From assembly GCA_016178625.1 (NCBI GenBank), contig JACOSX010000017.1, positions 6,213 through 70,212 of the forward strand: DNA of 64,000 nucleotides, written 5' to 3'. Positions 61,077-64,000 of this stretch are shown piece after piece. The first letter of the stretch is position 1; every line of letters begins with the position of its first letter. The notes under the pieces were generated by a model. It was not told where the DNA came from. It searched no databases and was given only the letters and a program-made list of their open reading frames with translations. This stretch comes from Ignavibacteria bacterium (GTDB taxonomy: Bacteria; Bacteroidota; Ignavibacteria; UBA10030; SZUA-254). Position numbers and translations under genes: made by a program.

Positions 61077-61754
61077 ATGGAAAATAATAAAATTCGCATC
61101 CTTCTTGTTGAAGACAACAAAGACTTTGCAAAACTTGTTCAGGTCTACCTCCAGCGATTCGAAAAAGATCGGTTCGAGGTGACGTGGAAAGAGAATTATG
61201 CTGAAACGATGGCAGAGTTGAAGTCACACCAAAACAATTTCGATATTATTCTTATGGACTACTTTCTCCCGGGCAAGAACGGCTTGGAGATCACACGGGA
61301 ATTGTTGGAAAAAAGATTCCGGATACCAGTCGTCTTTCTGACTGTGAACAAAGATTTCGATCTCGCGCTCGACGTGATGAAGCTTGGAGTGGATGACTAT
61401 TTGGTGAAAGAGGAAATCTCGTCGCCAGTCCTTCCGAAGACAGTCTTGAATGTCGTAGAGAAACATCGTCTGAAGACTCAACTGGCTGAACTGGAGATTA
61501 GTCAACAGCGGTTAAAAGCAATCCGTGATACACTCTCCGGCATGGTACATGATTTTGAAGTTCCACTGAGAGAAATGAAGTCGCTGGCAGTAGAGTTCAA
61601 AGAACGTTTTGAATCGGATGAGCTGAAAAACTACACAAGGATTATCGATGAGAACGTCGACCGCATTATGGATAAATTGGAAAAGCTCAAGACGCTCAAA
61701 GTCGACAAGACTGTTCGGTACATTAAAGACATCAAGATGCTTGACCTTTCATGA
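61077..61754 (+). CDS. response regulator (receiver plus C-terminal coiled-coil domain)
   Basis: ILLVEDNKDF...ILMDYFLPGKNG receiver signature. Confidence 0.8.
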   Translation: MENNKIRILLVEDNKDFAKLVQVYLQRFEKDRFEVTWKENYAETMAELKSHQNNFDIILMDYFLPGKNGLEITRELLEKRFRIPVVFLTVNKDFDLALDVMKLGVDDYLVKEEISSPVLPKTVLNVVEKHRLKTQLAELEISQQRLKAIRDTLSGMVHDFEVPLREMKSLAVEFKERFESDELKNYTRIIDENVDRIMDKLEKLKTLKVDKTVRYIKDIKMLDLS

Positions 61755-61896
61755 CACTGGATGTTACGCTGCTCATACTACCATGTCCTTCGAACCTGTA
61801 GCGGGAGATCGGCAAACCCTACAAATAGTGCGTGGTGATCTCATTTAATCCGTATATTTTCATATTATTGGGTTTAGTACAATTGGGAGACCGCTT

Positions 61897-62838
61897 ATGA
61901 CCAAAGCGCTAAGATGGATTGCATTTGGCATACCTATCATGATAGGTGGGAGATGTCTTATCATTTGGATTCATCGGATCGAAGAACCGGCTTGGATTAC
62001 CTTTTTGCTCTGGCTTTTTATTTCCTCCCTCGCGCTCATCGAGATCGCGTGGTCGCGATCGCGATTCCAAAAGCTAGAACAGGTTATCTGTTCGTTCATC
62101 AGACAGCCTGAAAAGGCTGTTGTGCATCGATGGTACCTAAGGTCGGTGGATCAGATGTATAACTTACGAAAATCTGCCGTGACGGGAAGCCTCTTCTCTC
62201 TACTTGTGGCGGGGATCCTGTGGTATACGCAGTGGAATTCTTGGGAAGACGACGCCTTACTTCGCTGGTATGATAACATTGTGATTATTTGCGTGATGTC
62301 GATGGCAGCGGCGTCACAATGGCCCTTTGCCAACATCAGCATTTTTGTTTCTAGGCTGGCGAGAAAAAATCTATCAATCAATTTTTATGCACATCATCAT
62401 GATAATCTTATGTCGGTAGGATCGTTCCTTATGAAAATTGATCTCGGTGGAGTGCTTCTCACATTCTTGGTGGGGTTGAATTTATATCTAGCACCAACTT
62501 TGATCCCAATGACCGTCTACATTGTTCTGCTCATCGTATTCATATGGGCGATCATATGGTTCTTTCTGACACAGTACAATGTCCATCTCTGTATGATGAA
62601 CGAGAAACGGGATAAGCTTAACACGATTTCGAAGCGCATGATGGTTGCGCTAGAGATCCTCTTGAAGGAACCTGACGAGGTGAATATGGCAACGTTCGAT
62701 CGCATGAAGAAAACGTTTGACGAAGTCGCTGTGTTGCCCGAGTGGCCCTTCAACACTCAGAATCTTGTGACATTGCTGACGGGGATCATTGTCCCAATCA
62801 CTTTAACGCTTCTTCAGCTCTTAATGGTGAAAAAATGA
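61897..62838 (+). CDS. hypothetical integral membrane protein
   Basis: Multiple TM helices and no catalytic motif. Confidence 0.45.
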   Translation: MTKALRWIAFGIPIMIGGRCLIIWIHRIEEPAWITFLLWLFISSLALIEIAWSRSRFQKLEQVICSFIRQPEKAVVHRWYLRSVDQMYNLRKSAVTGSLFSLLVAGILWYTQWNSWEDDALLRWYDNIVIICVMSMAAASQWPFANISIFVSRLARKNLSINFYAHHHDNLMSVGSFLMKIDLGGVLLTFLVGLNLYLAPTLIPMTVYIVLLIVFIWAIIWFFLTQYNVHLCMMNEKRDKLNTISKRMMVALEILLKEPDEVNMATFDRMKKTFDEVAVLPEWPFNTQNLVTLLTGIIVPITLTLLQLLMVKK

Positions 62839-62938
62839 GAATCTTCGGCCACGTTGGAAACTACAAACGCCGAAGAAAGTCTAATTGGTTCCATCTATTA
62901 CTTCACCATCTTGTATATCCTCTTGCGGCCGGTATCGC

Positions 62939-63790
62939 ATGAAATTTACCATCGCTCTTGCTCAAGTCGATAATGTCCTCGGTGATCTTCACCGCAACAT
63001 CAAGCATCACCTCGATTTTGTCCGACGGGCAAAGGATGGTGGAGCCGATCTCGTCGTTTTCCCTGAGCTGAGCCTTAGCGGTTACTCTATTCGCGACATC
63101 AATTGGGAAGTTGCCATCCGTCCCGATGACGAAAAGCTTCTGGCAGAGCTGATCAAAGAGAGTCGTGAGATTTCCATTCTCCTCGGATGTGTAGAAGAAT
63201 CGAAAGAATACAACATTCACAATGCGGCGTTCTTGTTTGAGAAGGGAAGCGTGCGATCCGTCCATCGCAAGATCTATCCACCGACGTACGGCATGTTCGA
63301 GGAATTGCGCTACTTCAGTCCTGGCGGCAGTGTGCGAGCGGTTGATGCGAATGTTGGACGACTCGGCGTCCTTATCTGTGAAGACCTCTGGCATCTTCCG
63401 TTGCCGTATATCTTAGCGCAGGATGGTGCACAGGTTATCATCGGCATGTCGGCAAGCCCGACACGGCTGACAGGAGAGAAGGCAATTCAGATCGCGAAAA
63501 TAAACTCCGAGCAGCACAGAGCATTTGCCCGACTGCTGAGCTCATACGTGATCTTCTGCAACCGGGTTGGCTTCGAGGATGGCGTAAATTTCTGGGGTGG
63601 CTCGGAGATCGTTGGACCGGATGGCGAGGTGATTGTCCAGGCGAAATTGTTTGAAGAAGACTTGGTCTTCGCCGAGATCGACGGCAACGAGGTGCGCCGC
63701 GCGCGACGATTCTCGCGGCATTTCTTGGATGACGATGTGCGATTGGTGATTGCGGAGTTGGAGAGGGTGAGTCGCCGGGACAAGGGCTGA
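62939..63790 (+). CDS. carbon-nitrogen hydrolase (nitrilase superfamily) amidohydrolase
   Basis: Start at MKFTIALAQ; catalytic triad context FPELSLSGY (Glu), K, and LICEDLWH (Cys). Confidence 0.75.
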   Translation: MKFTIALAQVDNVLGDLHRNIKHHLDFVRRAKDGGADLVVFPELSLSGYSIRDINWEVAIRPDDEKLLAELIKESREISILLGCVEESKEYNIHNAAFLFEKGSVRSVHRKIYPPTYGMFEELRYFSPGGSVRAVDANVGRLGVLICEDLWHLPLPYILAQDGAQVIIGMSASPTRLTGEKAIQIAKINSEQHRAFARLLSSYVIFCNRVGFEDGVNFWGGSEIVGPDGEVIVQAKLFEEDLVFAEIDGNEVRRARRFSRHFLDDDVRLVIAELERVSRRDKG

Positions 63791-64000
63791 TTCTCTGATC
63801 TCGTTCTGCCGCTCTTGCAACGGAACGTAATCCCTGTCGACCGCTTCCACGCTGAGCGTGGGAGCGAGGAGGGTTACTCTGAACTCGAAGGCTCATCTGC
63901 TTTTCTCCTCGTTCCGATGGTCTCCGTTAGAATGGATAAGGTGTTCCGATGCAGAGCGTAGGGGGAGCGGAGCCCATCCTTTTTGTACATTCCCTTTTTC

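Noticed and set aside
63438-63896. 152-aa Arg/Ser/Pro-rich minus-strand ORF at the right edge
   Set aside because: Overlaps the carbon-nitrogen hydrolase gene on the opposite strand; composition typical of an antisense frame
1-64000. CRISPR arrays, rRNA, tRNA
   Set aside because: No regularly spaced direct repeats, no rRNA-like conserved blocks, and no tRNA T-arm/acceptor signatures were found by eye in the intergenic regions. A tRNA-scan and CRISPR finder would be the decisive check

Overview
The window is 64 kb at about 50% GC and appears to come from a bacterium with a type IX secretion system (T9SS). Two giant secreted proteins carry T9SS C-terminal sorting domains, which suggests the FCB group (Bacteroidota, Ignavibacteriota or Calditrichota-like); the phylum cannot be fixed from sequence alone. 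The left portion (1 to about 28,140) looks like an integrated mobile element of the ICE/IME type, and its left end lies beyond the window. It ends at a large serine recombinase gene (26645..28138) whose 3' end overlaps a comM/yifB Mg-chelatase-like gene truncated exactly at the conserved ...AMNP position. The element carries DNA-processing and establishment genes: a partial DUF2188 gene, DUF932, a Cas4-like PD-(D/E)xK nuclease, a PUR-like protein and a TraD/VirD4-like P-loop ATPase. It also carries a translationally coupled Zn-ribbon / SymE-like / RadC(JAB) / Zn-ribbon module with a RadC remnant, and a second SymE-like paralog. A LexA-like S24 repressor sits next to an operon encoding a SAMHD1-like HD dNTP triphosphohydrolase coupled to an ImmA/IrrE (COG2856) metalloprotease. 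Cargo includes a TIR-domain protein with a C-terminal TM anchor next to a membrane protein, two orphan CheY receivers, a vicinal-cysteine soft-metal operon (ArsR/SmtB, MerT-like fusion, Cys-rich proteins, a CsoR-family regulator and a small secreted Cys peptide) and a 1290-aa BNR/T9SS protein. The right portion (about 29.3 to 64 kb) looks like core genome. It holds a 1963-aa PKD-repeat T9SS protein, a propeller/PAS histidine kinase with a LuxR-type response regulator, a TPR protein, pyrK-pyrD, folC, rho, an OmpA/thrombospondin-repeat protein, thiolase-hbd-acyl-CoA dehydrogenase, three outer-membrane beta-barrel proteins, a 2013-aa KaiC-like/PAS/GAF histidine kinase with a response regulator, and a carbon-nitrogen hydrolase. 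No rRNA, tRNA or CRISPR array was seen.
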